A stretch of 64,000 bases of DNA from Takakia lepidozioides (lineage: Eukaryota > Plantae > Bryophyta), in the NCBI GenBank assembly GCA_030704615.1, contig CM060733.1, positions 5,766,001 through 5,830,000 on the forward strand, read 5' to 3'. Under the pieces are notes generated by a model. That model saw nothing but the letters and a program-made list of their open reading frames with translations. It had not been told where the DNA came from and made no database searches. The position numbers were made by a program, and so were the translations under genes. How positions within the stretch are numbered: the stretch's first letter is position 1; every line of letters starts with the position of its first letter. Shown here one piece after another: positions 1-14,185 of the stretch.

Positions 1-7
1 AATGTAC

Positions 8-3000
8 CTCTTCAGGGGGGATGCCCAGATGATCAAGCAGCAGCTTTACACCCGCACCCTTAGAAGCGCCGATGGGCAATATCTCCATCATCTCTGGCAA
101 TGCTTGAACTACTGTGGCCCGCCCTCTTGTCACCAAGGACCAATGCGGTCGCAGAAAATTGGCCACTCTTTCTGCACTGTCGTAGAACAGCACTTTCTGT
201 GCACTTGCCACCCAAATACTCAGATGATAGATCTCTACCACTTGATGTCTGTAACCTCTTGGTTCTAACAGAATTATAACTGGTAAGCATAGGTTTGTAG
301 TGAGTCTGAACTAGGGTGTTCCCCTTCCTGAGAAGGATGATGAGAAGGTTGAGGTATGGGTCATTTTTTAGTTTGTGTCCTCCGAGTCTTCCAGATGTGG
401 GGGTGGGTAGTTAAGGAACATAAATCAATTAGTGGACAAAATAGAATCTATTTTCTTTCTGTCTTTCAGTCTTAAATAGAGAGCTCTGGGTATCTGGCAC
501 ACCTCCACCCACCGAAACCCCCCAAACCCATAAGAAATATTAGAGAAGAAGCAGACAACTTACTACAGCCAAAGACCACAGAGGAAGTTCCAAAATTGGG
601 ACAATCATGAAGGTTGTCTATAAAGTTTGGTTAGGAGTGTTTCCTCTTTTCCTTGCAGACAGGAAGGAAAAGAACGTGAGACTCTAAGTGTACCTTCCGC
701 TATAATTGCAATAATTGTGACTTAACAAGACTGTGTTGGTAATTCAAGGTGAGCATACCTGAATTTGGACCGCTTTTTTGAGAAGGCCCAGAGATTCCAT
801 CACCTCTGCCTAGAAAGATTCCAACTCAGGTGATCGTTATTCTCACAGGGAGGAACATAAGCAGTGTAAAGGAAGTTGATTTCTTGTTTTGGCAGGAAAT
901 GATGAAACAAAAAAATGAATTATATCTTCGGCTATGCCCTCAGCCTCAGAGAGTTTCCTGTTTGTGGAAACTATTGTCCTGGGACCTCCGGAACAAATTC
1001 CTACTCACACAGTACTACCCTGGCCTTATCTAAATGAAAAAAAAATAGAAATGACCAAAAGTCAGTTTGAGGACTTCGTAAAGACCAAATGTAGCACAGT
1101 GAAGAAGACCCACCTTGGGCTCATAGTAAACATCATGAAGCTTATCAATCAAGGTGTGTCCGAAGAGTGTCACACAACGATCCCCGCTGAATCCCACCAA
1201 TGGTGCTTGATGCTCCACTGAAAATCGAAAGGCCTAGTCTCCCACACATGAGATAAGGCAACACCAGCCAAGTTTTCACTTTATATCTTTAAATATGTCA
1301 TTGAACTTCCTGTCTTTCAAGAGTCACAGTGGACACTAAGCTCAAATGATTCTGAAACAGTTTCAGTTCAGAATTTCATTAAGGGAAAAGATCTAGAGAG
1401 GGAGTTGTGTCTAACTACAGTGCATCTAATTTTAGAAACTACAAGGCCGATGGTTATGTACATTGCCTGGGACAGACCTGTGATACCCAGATTGTATGGC
1501 TGATCTAAGCAAACAACCAAAGTGAGGGATGGCTCATAAGGACGAATATCCAATATACCTCTGAGACAATATCAGAATCGAGAAGTTGGCTGTGAACAAT
1601 TGTGCCATCGCGTCCGTATACTTGCAAACCCTGCAACCAGTTCGTCTCCTTCAACTTGTCAGCTTGTCTGTTGATGCAGAATCCCAGACATCCCATTGCT
1701 TGAATAGACCGAAAAAACATCCTATCTGAGCCATTTGCTTCTATAAAGTGGTCCAACGAACTGAATCCTAGACAAAAACAAATCCTTCATGAGAAGGTGT
1801 TGTACAAGGCCATGCATGCCTGACGAAACCTCTATCACTATGAGACACATACCAAATGAAAATAACATAATCAAGACAGGCAAAGAATATGAATCCTCCA
1901 GCTACAACCTGACCCCTGAAGGAAGCAGTTGGATTAAGATATGACAAGGCCAAAGTAAAGCTAATTTTTTTTGGTAGTTGCTATCCCCAACTACCATGGC
2001 ATCTTCACATCTGAAGGTGAGTGGTAGGCCATATGTATACAGTTTGATCAATGCTTTCCATTTCATTGTGACGCAAAAAGCATATGTTTCAACCACACAC
2101 TATTGACAGGACCTAGCAGAATCCAGGCTCTTGTTGGTAGTAGAAGAGGTAAAAGTTAGAGATCAAAGTAGGAGGCCACAGCTCACACCTGTAAAAAGAC
2201 TCCAGGTGAAGTGAGAGATAGTGCTCCTCTATCACCCGTCAGCCCCACAGTTTCCAGTGCTGCAAGAGCTGCTGGTCGCGTCTGCAGTTAGTAGCAAAGG
2301 AGAAGGCTGAGATTGATCAATCTCCAAGTTACCAGATTCCCCTCCTTGGAACTCCCACCCCCTGGATGTAATACCTTTCTTTCTTTGTTTCTATTTCTCT
2401 TTTCTTGCAAAATTGGGGGGGAACACACCAGATCAAACTATACAAACCCTTAATCAAAACTTCTGTGAGCCAAAAAATGCCAGCACTGAGAGGGCCAGCA
2501 GAAAGAGAGAACACGAAGTGCAGACAACCAGGGGACACTGGTTGATAAACAGCCTTCCAAGAAAAAGATCCCCGAAGCAAAGGGAGAGGAAGAGGCAGGA
2601 ACCACAATAGACCAGCACTCAGTCCTTAGAGACAAGATGGCTGCAGAGGCCAGATTGTGTCACTCAGAAGCCTCGAAAGACAAACCCTTCTTGACCAGCA
2701 CAGTAATGGCAACAGTGAGGATAAAAATATGCCCAGGAAGTCAATACACATGCCAATTGCAGTGCTTTCTCCCTCCCTCTTGAATAGAGGGAAGGAAGAT
2801 CAGGCATGCCTTATCACACTCTGGAGTCTTTTAAGATGCTTTACTTGTTCTTCTGCTTTGGCTGGTCCTCTTTCTGTGTTCCTTTCTCTTTGTTCTACTT
2901 TTGTCCCCATAGGCCCTCAGACCCCCTCCTGTGGACTTTATAAAGTATCAATTCATTCGTGTATCATTGTTGGTGTTGTTCTTTCCAAAGCACACAGGTA

Positions 3001-6000
3001 CTGAGTCTGCACACAAGCTGACCATGCTCACAGCCACCATGAGTGGAAAGAATGCTCACTTTTCCTGTGGCGATAATAACCTGGACTCCCATTGCAATGG
3101 CTGCTCTCAGGGCATCTGCCGTCCCCTGTGTGACTTTGCTTTTGGTATCAAGAATTGTACCTGCAAAGCCCATGAGAGGGTAAGGGCCGATCAAACCCAG
3201 AGCTACTGCCTAAGTTGCCAAACAAGGATGTTTTCTCTATTGAAGACCATCAACTTGCCACTCTCTGTCTTATGAGCTCTGGCCACAAAGCTACAGCAAG
3301 CAAAATCTTTTGAATCTGACAAACAACCACAATGCCTTTTCTGTTTATTTTCAAAGTCCTAGGTCCATGGTTGTATGTGAGAGGAAGTGCACCATCCATG
3401 TCACAAAACAGAATCTTGAATGCTGGTTTCCTTGTGCGAGCAACACCACCAGCACCAGAGTCTGCATGCCCACACAAGTTGTGGATGGTCCATATGAACA
3501 ACTGCGACAGCCCCATTCAGACAATTTCACACTTGTGACTGCTGTAGTTGTACAATAGTACCCACTTTTCGAGTAGATCCTTAATCATTCTACACAGATA
3601 AATTACTTCCACAGGGCGAAGCCAGCCAAGCAGCTTCCAAGCAGGAAGGTTGTTGGCCTCCAGGCCCTGTTGGGAGCACTAGACGATGTTGGATGCCAAA
3701 GAAAGCAACAAGTCACAAATTCACACAAAGAAATCAAGCAGAGGAAGTGAAACAGTGGCCAAATTGCACAACACAGGAAATGTGCAAGCAAACGAAAAAT
3801 GGAAACAAGAACTTTGTCCAGGAAGGTGTAAGATGCCTTTCCCAGAGGGGTCCAGGAAGTTTCCACATTCAGCGGAGTTGAAATCTCCTGCCATCTGTGA
3901 GCTTTCTGTACTTGGGATAGGTGAAGGCTGCCCAGGCAGTGTCTGTTAGAAGGGCAAGGGTTATTTGCATAGATTATGCTTCTGCTCCATGCATGGTGAG
4001 GAGGAGGCTGCAAAACTCTCCCCTGTCTACAAGCCCAAGCCGGCTTGTCAAGGTACTCTCTTGGGATGCTAAGAGGGGCCAAACTCTCGGCATACCTGCA
4101 ATACAGGCTGGGGGGGGATGTGAACAACTGAATTTAGGCCGCTGATTCTCCTCTGTTAGAGCCTCTCCATTGACCTGAAGCTGTGGCTCCTGCTGTGGGG
4201 GGGCAGCGCCTTTCCTGGCCGGTAATCGGGGTGATCGGGTTCCTGGGGGCGAAGGAGGATGCTTGGCAGTAGGAGGAGAAGATTTCCTAGTTTTCTTTCC
4301 TCGACTCCTTCGCTTCTGCTTCTTCTTTTGCCCCCAATCTTCACTTGAAAAAGCCTTTTGGTGGGATGGTGGCCGGTGGAAGCCAAGACGGGCGGCAATA
4401 AGCTCGCGAAAAGCAGCTGTTGCAGCAAGTGAGAGATTTTCACAAGCAGCAAGCTGCAGTTGCAAGCTGAGCTGCGCATTACAAGCTTTACCCATCTTTT
4501 CAGGGCAATTGCAACCGCGTCTTCCACCGACTGGTTTAACCGTCAGATCAGGACTCTTGCCTTCTGGTTCACTAGCATGTAGGAAATCACACTCTTCCCT
4601 GAGGACAGCCATGACTGCTTCTGCAGCTAAGCATGCCCTAATGGCACGACCTGTAAGTTTATCGTCGACGTCATCTTGTTTCTTTTTTTCACATCTTCCA
4701 GCAGGCAGATCTACCTCGCTTTCTTGGGAGGTAGTCACTGTATCTCCTATCCTGCTCCTTGGAGCCTCTGAGTGTTCACCATCCACCTCGCCTTGCTTTT
4801 GTGTTCTGGTTTCTCCCACATGCACATCTATTATCCCTCTTCTGACTGTTTCTGTTCCAACTACATGCAAATCTAAATCATCCCGTTGTTGGGAGGGTGC
4901 CACCACAACTGCAGCGGGACTCGTTAGGAACTTCATGAGCCCATTATCTACATTGCCTTGTTTGATTACTTGTATATCAGCTGTAGGCAGATTAATGTCG
5001 CCTTGTTTGATTGTTTGTATGTCAGCTGTAGGCAGATTTATGTCGCCTTGTTTATCAACAGGCAGATCTACATCTCCTTGTTGCTGAGGGAGAGCCATCA
5101 GAGAATCTGCCATGCTCCTAAGGAAATCAAAAGCCCTCGAGGAAAAAGCCAGATATGGCTCATTGCCTGCGAGCGTATATGTGAGTCCGCATTCGGAAGC
5201 AAGATGAAGCACTACCGCCAAAACTCTTCCAAAAACTGTCTATGAACTGTTCTCTAGGAATTTTACCTGTCTTATTGTCAAGAAACTTTAAGAGAGAAAC
5301 AGAGGATGAAAGGAGAACCAAACTTGAGGGTGAATCAGCAGCAACTACTGATTATGGCAACCCTTGCAAACATCCGCAAAGTCATGGACAATAAGGCAGA
5401 GCCCTACCATCACTAAATTAAGCCACATGGGGGAGGCTTCTGCGGCCTGCAATTGCCTTGCCTTGCACTGCCAACCCCAGTAGTGCTTAAGAATCAAGAG
5501 TGAACCATTTTGACCTCACAAAAGAGCAACTTTTCTTCCGGGGGCCACCACCTTTCAGGTTAAAATATTGTCCCGCAACAGCTGTTCTCCTGGCCTGCAG
5601 TGATGCCTGAATAGCAGCCACTGATATTGAAGCCCCCAGATAGGAGTCAAAAGGTAAGGGGTCCAGACACCCCGACAGACATGGAAAGAGAAAAGAGGTG
5701 TAAATCTTCAAAAAGTAGCACAATCAGGAAAGAAAGCATCCTCTGAGCTACACCTTCATATGGCATAACTAACAAATTCAAAATAACAGGACGAGGAGTA
5801 CCATACACCGGTCCCAGCTATCACTGCACAGCAATCCTGTCGTGGACCAGTCTGGATCTTACCACTCTCTGACAAGACCCCATTGGGAACTCCACCATCA
5901 CTCCCAAGTGAGACTTCATCTTCCAGGGACACACTAATAAGGCCATTTCCTTCCCATCCAAGTGACCCTAGTATGCGAGTCTCCTCCTCCTCCATCTCCT

Positions 6001-8267
6001 GGGAAGCTTCTGGACCCAACTCGTGGTCATAGCCCAACACATGCAGCAACCCATGTACCTGAGAAATAGCCAAACAATATGGAGAAATTAATAAGAATGT
6101 TGAAGTAAATGACAACGTGACAATAAAACCACCAAGGATATCCCTCACACACACATTACAGATCACAGTGAGTGCACTAAAAACCAGGCCATTGATCACA
6201 GGAAACCAACACATGGCAGAAGTGAAGGACAGAGGCAAAGAAGACCACCAATAGAATGCGCAGTTCATCAATTAGACTATGGCCTCTTTCTTTAGCTTGC
6301 CGTGCTGCGGTCTCCACAGATATCACCACATCCCCCAACAAAAGCTGCCATCATTCATTGCTCACGTGGTTAATAAACATAACAGATGTTATGAAGCGAT
6401 TAGACCACCTTGAATAATTTACTGTGCTATAAGCTGACTCGAGTTTACCCACAATTCCAGTGGCTTCAACATGTGCAGATACAAACTATGACATAAAGCT
6501 GAGCTTATGCGCGTAAAGAAATTATTGACCAGCTTACAAGCAGAGAACTCTGGACTAGGTAAGACACCCCAAAACCAAGGAAAGTTTACTGATAAGCTGA
6601 TTCCTTCAGACCCATAGATCCGAAGACGCCACACCTCGGATCTATAGTTGACATACCTATGCACATTGGTGAAGATAGATACTCTCAAACTAAATAGCAC
6701 ACCCAGTAAGCAGTGATAGTTTAGTTACAGTCAGGCTGTACAACAATCCAATGCTTCCATGGTGAAGTCTTACAATTGGTGTTAGACCTGGTAGTTGATC
6801 TTGTGGGAAAGAGAGAACGTCAGTGGGGGTCTCCTTCCCCCGCCATTGCTTATTAAGATCTTGAATGCATGTGTCCCCACACAGCATAACAGAAAGCTCC
6901 ACACTCTCTGAATCCTCAAGGTCTTCAATTCCATCAATAGCTAGCTTGACTGCAAGAGGACCATCCACTTCCAGCTGCTCTATCACTGCCTATGTTGCCA
7001 CACCACCAGTTGAAAAACATCAGCCTGTGTCTATCTCTACCTCTATTTCTGCGCAGTCAATTAGCCCCCTGTGGATACCCTTCCTGCAAGAGTACACCAA
7101 GCAGCAAGTACATTCTTTCTTCAGCCCTCCCATGGTTGCCCCTGGGATGACGTCTGCCCGCTCACTGCAAATGTAACCAGTGGGCGCGACGAACTGCCTC
7201 AGGACAATCCATGAAAAACACCATCACTGAGTTAGTTGAGATAAATGTAGGTAAATCCAGACGTCACCGAGACTGCTATTAGACACAACTGAAGTACGCC
7301 ATCTCATACGCTAAATAGCTAATGCTGTCGAAAGTGAAGTAAAGGAGTTGAGTATAGCCAAGTATTCATTACGATTGGGCTGGCTTAGCAGCTTTCTACG
7401 TAAATATTGAGGTCAAGTCTGGCGACAAAATAATGTAAGCCAGTCCAATTCCAGGTCTGTTTGGAGATGCTCTCGATTAACTTACTACAACTCACCGGCC
7501 ACAGAGAATCAATCAACTTGAGAGCCAATCCAATTGCCAAAGAGATCCATCTGAATCAACTTTACAAGCGGGCAGAAAATGCATGCGATAGAAAATGCAC
7601 AGGATGCAATTTGTCTCTCGCAGCATCAGTTGTGATCAATAAAGAGCCATGTAATTCAGCCGAATGAAACACAAAACGATGAAGCTTCCTTCCAGTCATT
7701 GCATTACAGCCAGTGGTGAATGCCAAGGCTGGAGAGGCAATTACCTAAGAAAGTAAAACCGAGAACAAATAAAGGTCTCCAGGGATAAGTAACGACCTCA
7801 AGATGCGAGTCCACGGTGGTGGAATCATCAACGGAAACGGCAAAATTGAAAGTAATTTCTTTGCTTTCTGTGGAGGACAAGCACAGACGCTTAACATTCT
7901 CCCTCCTCCACGGTATTCTCTGTTCTTGCTGCCACAATCCTCTTTTCAGAGCCCTTCCAGACACGCCGTTCGCGAAAAAATGCCTCCTTGGTTGTCTGGA
8001 TGAGTCCAAAGAATGCAGGTGCAAGGAAGAAGTCGGAGACTCGTACAAACAGTGTGACAATATTTCCGCGGGTACTCTCACAGAAAAAGATCGAGAATTC
8101 GACAAGCACTGCGAACACCAACAAACTCGCTGAGCTGAAGTGAGAAAAGGATGCAGAGTACGCTGATTACACCAGGGGGAAGAGAAAGTAAGGCGAGAGA
8201 ATGGGAGATTGAAGGGAAACGAAGAGGAGCAAGTGGCAGCCGTAAACAGGGAACGGGCAATCGCCAT
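8..8267 (-). CDS. YBEY: Plastid endoribonuclease YbeY fused to a Cof-type HAD hydrolase; multi-exon, 3' end lies outside the window
   Basis: GT-AG exons read by hand: 8267-7797 (transit-peptide-like MAIARSLF...), 6989-6774 (ELSVMLCGD...LNKQWRGKETPTDVLSFP), 6344-6249 (LLLGDVVISVETAARQA), 6058-5863 (HGLLHVLGYDH metal motif), 3461-3393 and 3160-3060 (FCDMDGTILD, IIATGK HAD motifs), 2281-2189, ~1630-1559, ~1230-1114, ~809-759, 196-8 (EILPIGASKGAGV). Confidence 0.92.
3974..5221 (-). other. 415-codon ORF of unknown function nested in the 2.4 kb YbeY intron (3462-5862)
   Basis: Uninterrupted ORF with 15-aa tandem repeats (KQGDINLPTADIQxI) and a basic KKKQKRRSRGKKTRK patch. No family recognised. Confidence 0.4.
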
Positions 8268-9298
8268 AGCTGCGCTCTCGAGAATCTCTGAGCGGAGATG
8301 GTCGGGAGCATGCCAAATGCAAAACCTGCCCTCTTCTCGCACTCGTCGTTTGGCCCCATGTCCACCCTTTCTCAAAAGGGTGGCACCAGCTGCTGGAATC
8401 ATACTCTGTGGATCCCGAGAAGAGGGATTGTGTACAGGATATCCCTGTCGGCTTCTCTGCAAGTTCGACTTGTTGACTTTGTGAGCTCTAGAGTTCTTGC
8501 AGGTCTTCTTCACTCTCTCGAGAAGGCTGTAAGGATTCCTGGTGGAATGTATAAGTGGGTTATGTAGCGAATTCCTTGAATCTTGAATTGTACTAGTGAT
8601 ATCTGTAATTTGCATGATCTGTCGGTTTAGAGTCAAACTGAATGAGGAGATTGGTCATGAATAAGCTTTGCCTCTGTACTTATGTTGGAGTAGGATCAGG
8701 GTAGATGAGTCTGAATGAATTCTGGCTGGAGCCGTCTCAAGTGGATCACACATCGTCCACAAACTCGGCTCACTCAGTGGGAACAAAGATGAAAATGTTT
8801 GAACACAATTACGTACTTTTCCAGGAATCCAACCGATGAACACACAGAACCATTGCACTCCATGTTATTGAAGTAGCTCAGGGAATGTACAACTGAAAAT
8901 CCTCTGTACACATGAAAATAGATCTACTTTACATGTATGAGGTTTGATGTGGCTTGCTCAAGAGCCAGTTTGATCTCTATCTAGAAGTAGCATTGGCTCG
9001 ATGTCGGCTATAGATCTATGGCGACCACTATGGGGGTAAATTATGTACGTTCACGCATGTATGTACACTGTCGGATCACCAGCCCCGATCGCAACACATA
9101 AATTTGTTAATATATAGCACACTAGATAGTCTTTCGCTCGACCTTGTACATGCAGAATGCCGATGAAGTCAGCTTGCCAGCACCTCAGCTCAGCCACCCA
9201 AGATGTTCTCGAAAACAATATGTACAATGCGGCTGTCCAAAGGCTTGGACACTGGCAGGTTCCAGATCAAAATCGCCACAGTATGTACATGTGAGCCC

Positions 9299-12200
9299 TT
9301 AGTCTGGATATGTGAAGGCATATGGCTTGCTCAGGGTCAAAGAAGGCTCTGTCAGGCCTTTGATTGTTGGATCATGAATTGCCCTGCCATTCACATATGC
9401 TGCGGGTTTGTGTTGGTGCCTGTCAGTGCTTGAATATGTTCCCTTTGAAGGATCTGCATAGTAGTCTGAAGAGGGGACGGCCTTCCGGTCATCCAAATCG
9501 CCCCCATGCAAAGCATCTCCTAACCAAGGGTCTGCAGCGAAGCCTCCGTCCCAGACCATCACATGCAACCGAACTGAGTGTCCAGTCTGGCGGTGGAGAG
9601 AGAGCTTGTCGCTGAGGGATATTGTGTCAAAGCACCTGATTGATCCCGAAGAGGAGACCATCCAGGGTGTTATCTTCTCTCCCGCCAACCGCGAGATGAC
9701 AAGAAGCTTCCCAGCTGCGCAGGCTGCTTGATAGACCGTCCGTAGCCCTGCTCGATCAGCCACTGTGCCTGGATCCACAGACGAGACATGGCAGAATCCC
9801 TGCAATACACAACCAGATGCACAGATGAATCAACATTCGATGATTACAAGGCGCCGTGCTGCCCAAATGTTGACGCTGCATTGCCCTCACGGAATCTGTG
9901 ACCGGGTACAGTCGGGTTTCACTTCCGGTTTCACTTCCACCATGAGACAGGACACTGTAAACTATACGTAGAGAAATTAGCTTGGTGCCAGGCTCAATCA
10001 CAACCCAAGTGAAGCTTGAGATCAATCCAACTTTTTAGTTGATCAGACTCCTGCAAGCTTTGAAATGTATAATTCAAATGAATGGGCAGATTATTCGTAC
10101 CCACATTGAGTTTTCAAAGTACAAATGCCTGACGAGTTAAAGAGTACCTCTTCTGTGCAGCTAATGCCAACACCAAGGCGAGCTTCGTTCTCTTCAGGCT
10201 TCAGATCTATTGCAAGCTCTGCTGCTGCAGGCACATACCATAGCCGCACTGCCCGAACCACATCGACATCCATGCCTTCACGATCCTGAAGGAAAAATTG
10301 TACTTAAATAAACAACCGGCGGGCAAGCTGTACAGTCATGAACACGCAACTGGTCACCTTTCACAGCTCTAGCTTGAAGTTATGGATCCCATGCATGTAG
10401 ATTACTCTATGTGCCGGCATAGAGTCAGACATTGGTCAGCTAGAGCTACTTAGTGCAGCACCACAACTGGTGCTTGGGCACCAAAGCTACAGGAGGATCC
10501 ACTGAAGGATCATGCTTTTGTGGTTGACCATACTCTAGTTGTATGCAGCGACGCTATCAAAGCTTGTAATACCTCAACCCACCTACAGTTGACTAAACGA
10601 ATCCAGCCAAGTCGCACCAATAATTCATGGATCCATGAAGTAGTTACAATTTTTTTGATGAGAAGCGACTGGTTACCTGGATTCTATAAGAGCCCGAGTT
10701 GCCAATGGCCACAGGGTCCTGGCGATAGCCTGGAAGCTGATTATATTCTGCAAACTGAGAAAACCACTTCGTATTAAGCAAAAGCTGTGGATCTTAGTGG
10801 CTGAAATGCATGTGCTGCAACTGGAGAATTTTGTGTTGACATTGTTGTGCACTTGTAACTAATTACCATCCATGTACTTGAATTCGCAGTACTCAAGAGC
10901 GTTTGCCAAACTTACTTGCATTAAGAAAGGCTCAGTCTGGATGTTGACAAAGGTGATGGGGACCCCCGATGCTTGGGCAGCGGAGAGCCAGGCAATCCCC
11001 CTTGCTGAGGTGTCTTCCAAAGCATCAAACTCACGGGCGTTACGAACCTGGTTCGGCATCAAAAGGAGAGAGAACACCATGGCAGACCCCGAGACAGGCA
11101 GAAACGCCTGCATCTTTTGCTCCCATGGGTATGATACAAAGTTGTCTTTCAGTCGCATGGAGGAGAGTTTTGCCGTGAGTTGCTCCCGCTTGGAAAACTC
11201 CCGAGAACTCCTTGATGCTTCCAGAATTTTACGACTACGATCTGGTGAACCAAAGACTTCAGCAGCTCAGACACATGCACGCGGGGATGAGAAGCAAGTC
11301 TTTCGTAGAAAAATGAATCTTCAAACAGAGGCCGAACCATCACTAATAAGGTAGGTTTAGTTCCGGAGACCGCAACAACACATTAGGTCTTTCAGAAGGA
11401 ACTCATTAGGCAACATGACATCTTCTTAGGTGCTAAAGTGATAGCACTAAAGCTGGAGGGGAAAATCTTTGGCACTGGCGTCACGGAAAACAAAATGTCC
11501 AGAGTCTACCACATACACTGTTCGAACCAACAATATGCAGCATTCCTAGGAGCCCTCATCAATCCCGGGCACAACAATCATAAGCCTCTAGCATGTGGAG
11601 TCTAACATCTGGTGATATATATGTATAGATCAAATAAATTCAATCAAAAGATACTGAAGAATCTTGTATATAAGATTTCTTTCATCTGGAATGAACTGTA
11701 CATATTTCTGAACTCGTTCTTCCATGTGTACGGGATAAGCAGACGAATTCTATGCACAGCAGAGTGGGCGAAGATGAGGAAAGAAGCCGTACCTTGTAAA
11801 GTCAGGCACTCCTGTTCTGTGGAATCCACCAAGCTAGCAATGTGGGTGGAGTCTGAAAGAGAGGCTAACACGTAAGTCTTAGACTTCAGTAATGAAGTTC
11901 CCTCATCTAGCACAACCTTTGCTCGGACTTCCACCACAGCTTGGCCCCTCCTAACCTTCAATCTGACCCCTCCAGCTGTGTTGTACAGCTTCCGAAGCTC
12001 ACGTTGCAGGCCTGCCTTGCCCCCAGCAAATGGGGCTCCAAGCACCACGCCATCCGTGCTCACCTACGAGGTGTTTTCCCCAAACTGTCCATCAACACCT
12101 CACACCTTGCACAATCTATAATTAACCCTAGATGCATGATATGGCATCAAATGTAGCTGTACATCCATGTTGGCTTGTGCCCAGCTCTCCCCTAGAAGTT

Positions 12201-12881
12201 ATGCTTTTGTTTAACCGCAGTACAACAAAGCCCGCTGCTCGGACTTTCCAGAGACTTATGTCAAAGAGGTTCGTGCCTTTAATTTTCCAGATCATATACA
12301 TGGCAAAGGTGCACAAGATCCTGATCTGTCTCCTGAGCCATCTGTGATCAGCTGTAGGAACGAAGCTGGACAAAGCAGGCTATCTAAGAACAGCTCGGCG
12401 GGGTGCATCCCGGCGACTGACTTCTTCGATAGCTGCAAATGGCAGCTGCCGATCTCTCCAGGCTCATCGGGGAATAGAAGGGACGAATCTTAGTCGAGTG
12501 CTCAATGAAATTTACTGATCATTTCAGGTTGCATCATCCTAATTGACAAATCGACATGTTGCACATTAAGAGTCTGGAAGGAGCACTGCTGGGAAAATCT
12601 GGAAATACTTGAGAACTCTGACTAGCCCCGGAGAGATCGAGCTGTGGATATTTGAGTGGGTGTTAGTTTTAATTCCGATGGACCTGCACTTCCGCGCTCT
12701 ACAAGTCTTCAGGACAAAGAATCCGAGAGTATTCATGAATCAGCTGAAACCTCACCTGGAGCAGAACATCTCCATTCAAAAGCTTGGAATCGTTCCAAGA
12801 GTCCGACCATACTTGACTGGCCCCAGTCAACTTCACCGCCACTACCACAGGACTTCCAGGGGAACCCCCGCCTCCCGCCAT
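9299..12881 (-). CDS. Uncharacterised conserved plant protein with PDZ-like segments; multi-exon
   Basis: Exon 1 12881-12756 (MAGGGGSPGSPVVVAVK...GDVLLQ), exon 2 12063-11793, internal exons near 11200-10920 (VSYPWEQKM...GVPITFVNIQTEP) and 10290-10150 (VRAVRLWYVP...RLGVGISCTEE), last exon ~9800-9299 (GFCHVSSVDPGTVADRAGL...LVISRLAGEK). GT-AG borders are visible. Confidence 0.8.
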
Positions 12882-13951
12882 ATGCACCGCGCCTTCCCTT
12901 TATGTACAATCTGGTCCTGCAAATCCAGAAAATTCTCACATGAGACTCTAGTATGATCTACATGCCCAAGGACTGGTATCTTTCAGGATTCAAGTACATC
13001 CTAAGACATGTCTACAGCTCGTAGCTCCCCCTACACTCAGAAGAGTTTCTGAGTTTCTGTCATTTGCAGTAAAGTTGGGATTTAATGTAGACTGTACATG
13101 TGATATCTGCCGATTTAATTGCATTGAGTCTCTCAAGAACTTCTCGGAAAGGGACGCGAACGCATTTTCTCAAGCTAGGTGTGCAGCAAGAAGCAGAATA
13201 ATGATCAGGTCTACTACAGGTAAAAGCTCGGTAAAAGAGGATCTAGAGAATGGAGGAACGGCTGTACACACTGTGAAGGCCTCTGAAATCAAAAGAAACT
13301 CTCGCCTAGAGGTGTGTACACACAGTTCAGAAATGGAGACAGATACATCAAAGGAAAAACTCAGACCGGCGGCAGAGACAGACCAAGAAGATGACCCGAA
13401 GATGAAAACAAGCTTCAGAATCACATGGAGCCGAGATGGATCAGTTGCAGTGTCCTGCTAGCTAGCCGGCCAGAAGCGAGAGGAAAAGCCTGAAATTGCT
13501 CAGATTCAATCTCTTCTCTGTAGCGAAACCTCTTGAGAAGCAGACGACGGATGGATTGAACTACACTGTGATTGTAGAATCGACAAGCCAGGTCAGTTCT
13601 GCGGCCGCACCAGGAAGCGCAGACGCAGTTTCCCCGCTGCTAGGAAGCCGGCACCGCCCCCCGGGCCGACCTCCGTTTCCGTGGGTCGGCCATTCGATTA
13701 TCCGTGATTCGGCCCGAGGAATCGACGGTCCGTGCTGGATACTATATCCATATTAGTTTTTCTTTTCTTTTTTTTTCTTTTTTGGTGAAAGGGGATGGGA
13801 GATGGGACTACCTTTGTTAGTTTTATTGATAATTATTGGAGGGAAAAACAATTAAACATGCCCGTTTTATAAGATTTGTAATAAATGTATTATATTAAAT
13901 TACTAGTATTGTGGGAGTAGTAAGACGGTGGCAAACTAATCAATGCGCACA

Positions 13952-14185
13952 TCGGCTGGTAGCTCAGCTGGTAAGTGCACAGTGTGTCGCCCTGGTGGTT
14001 TAGGGTTCGAACCCGCTGGCCTGTGCGGTGTGTGGATTGTTCGTGACCAATTGGTCTGGTGGTGATGTTTCCCACCTGTGTGCCTCATGGCTTATCTGAA
14101 AGGGGGTTAATTTTTCCCCCTCCTCAAGGGCCTGAAATGTGAGCAGTCGCTCCCAGGTTTCCTTTCGAAAAAAATTAAAAAATAA
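13952..14185 (+). mobile_element. tRNA-derived SINE
   Basis: Pol III A box TAGCTCAGCTGG (13960-13971), B box GGTTCGAACCC (14004-14014), a non-tRNA body, and an A-rich tail at ~14168-14185. Confidence 0.65.

Noticed and set aside
4263-5087. 274-aa plus-strand ORF
   Set aside because: Antisense shadow of the repeat-rich minus-strand ORF, with Ser/Cys-rich non-protein-like composition.
8268-8636. N-terminal extension of the 310-aa ORF
   Set aside because: It begins at a non-ATG codon. The transit-peptide-like sequence starts at ATG 8267, so this stretch is treated as probable 5' UTR.
13075-13756. Plus-strand ORFs of 128 and 86 aa
   Set aside because: They overlap the probable 5' UTR and promoter of the minus-strand gene and show no recognisable domain.
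13954-14025. Functional tRNA gene
   Set aside because: A and B boxes are present, but there is no convincing acceptor or anticodon stem, and it continues into a SINE-like body and tail.
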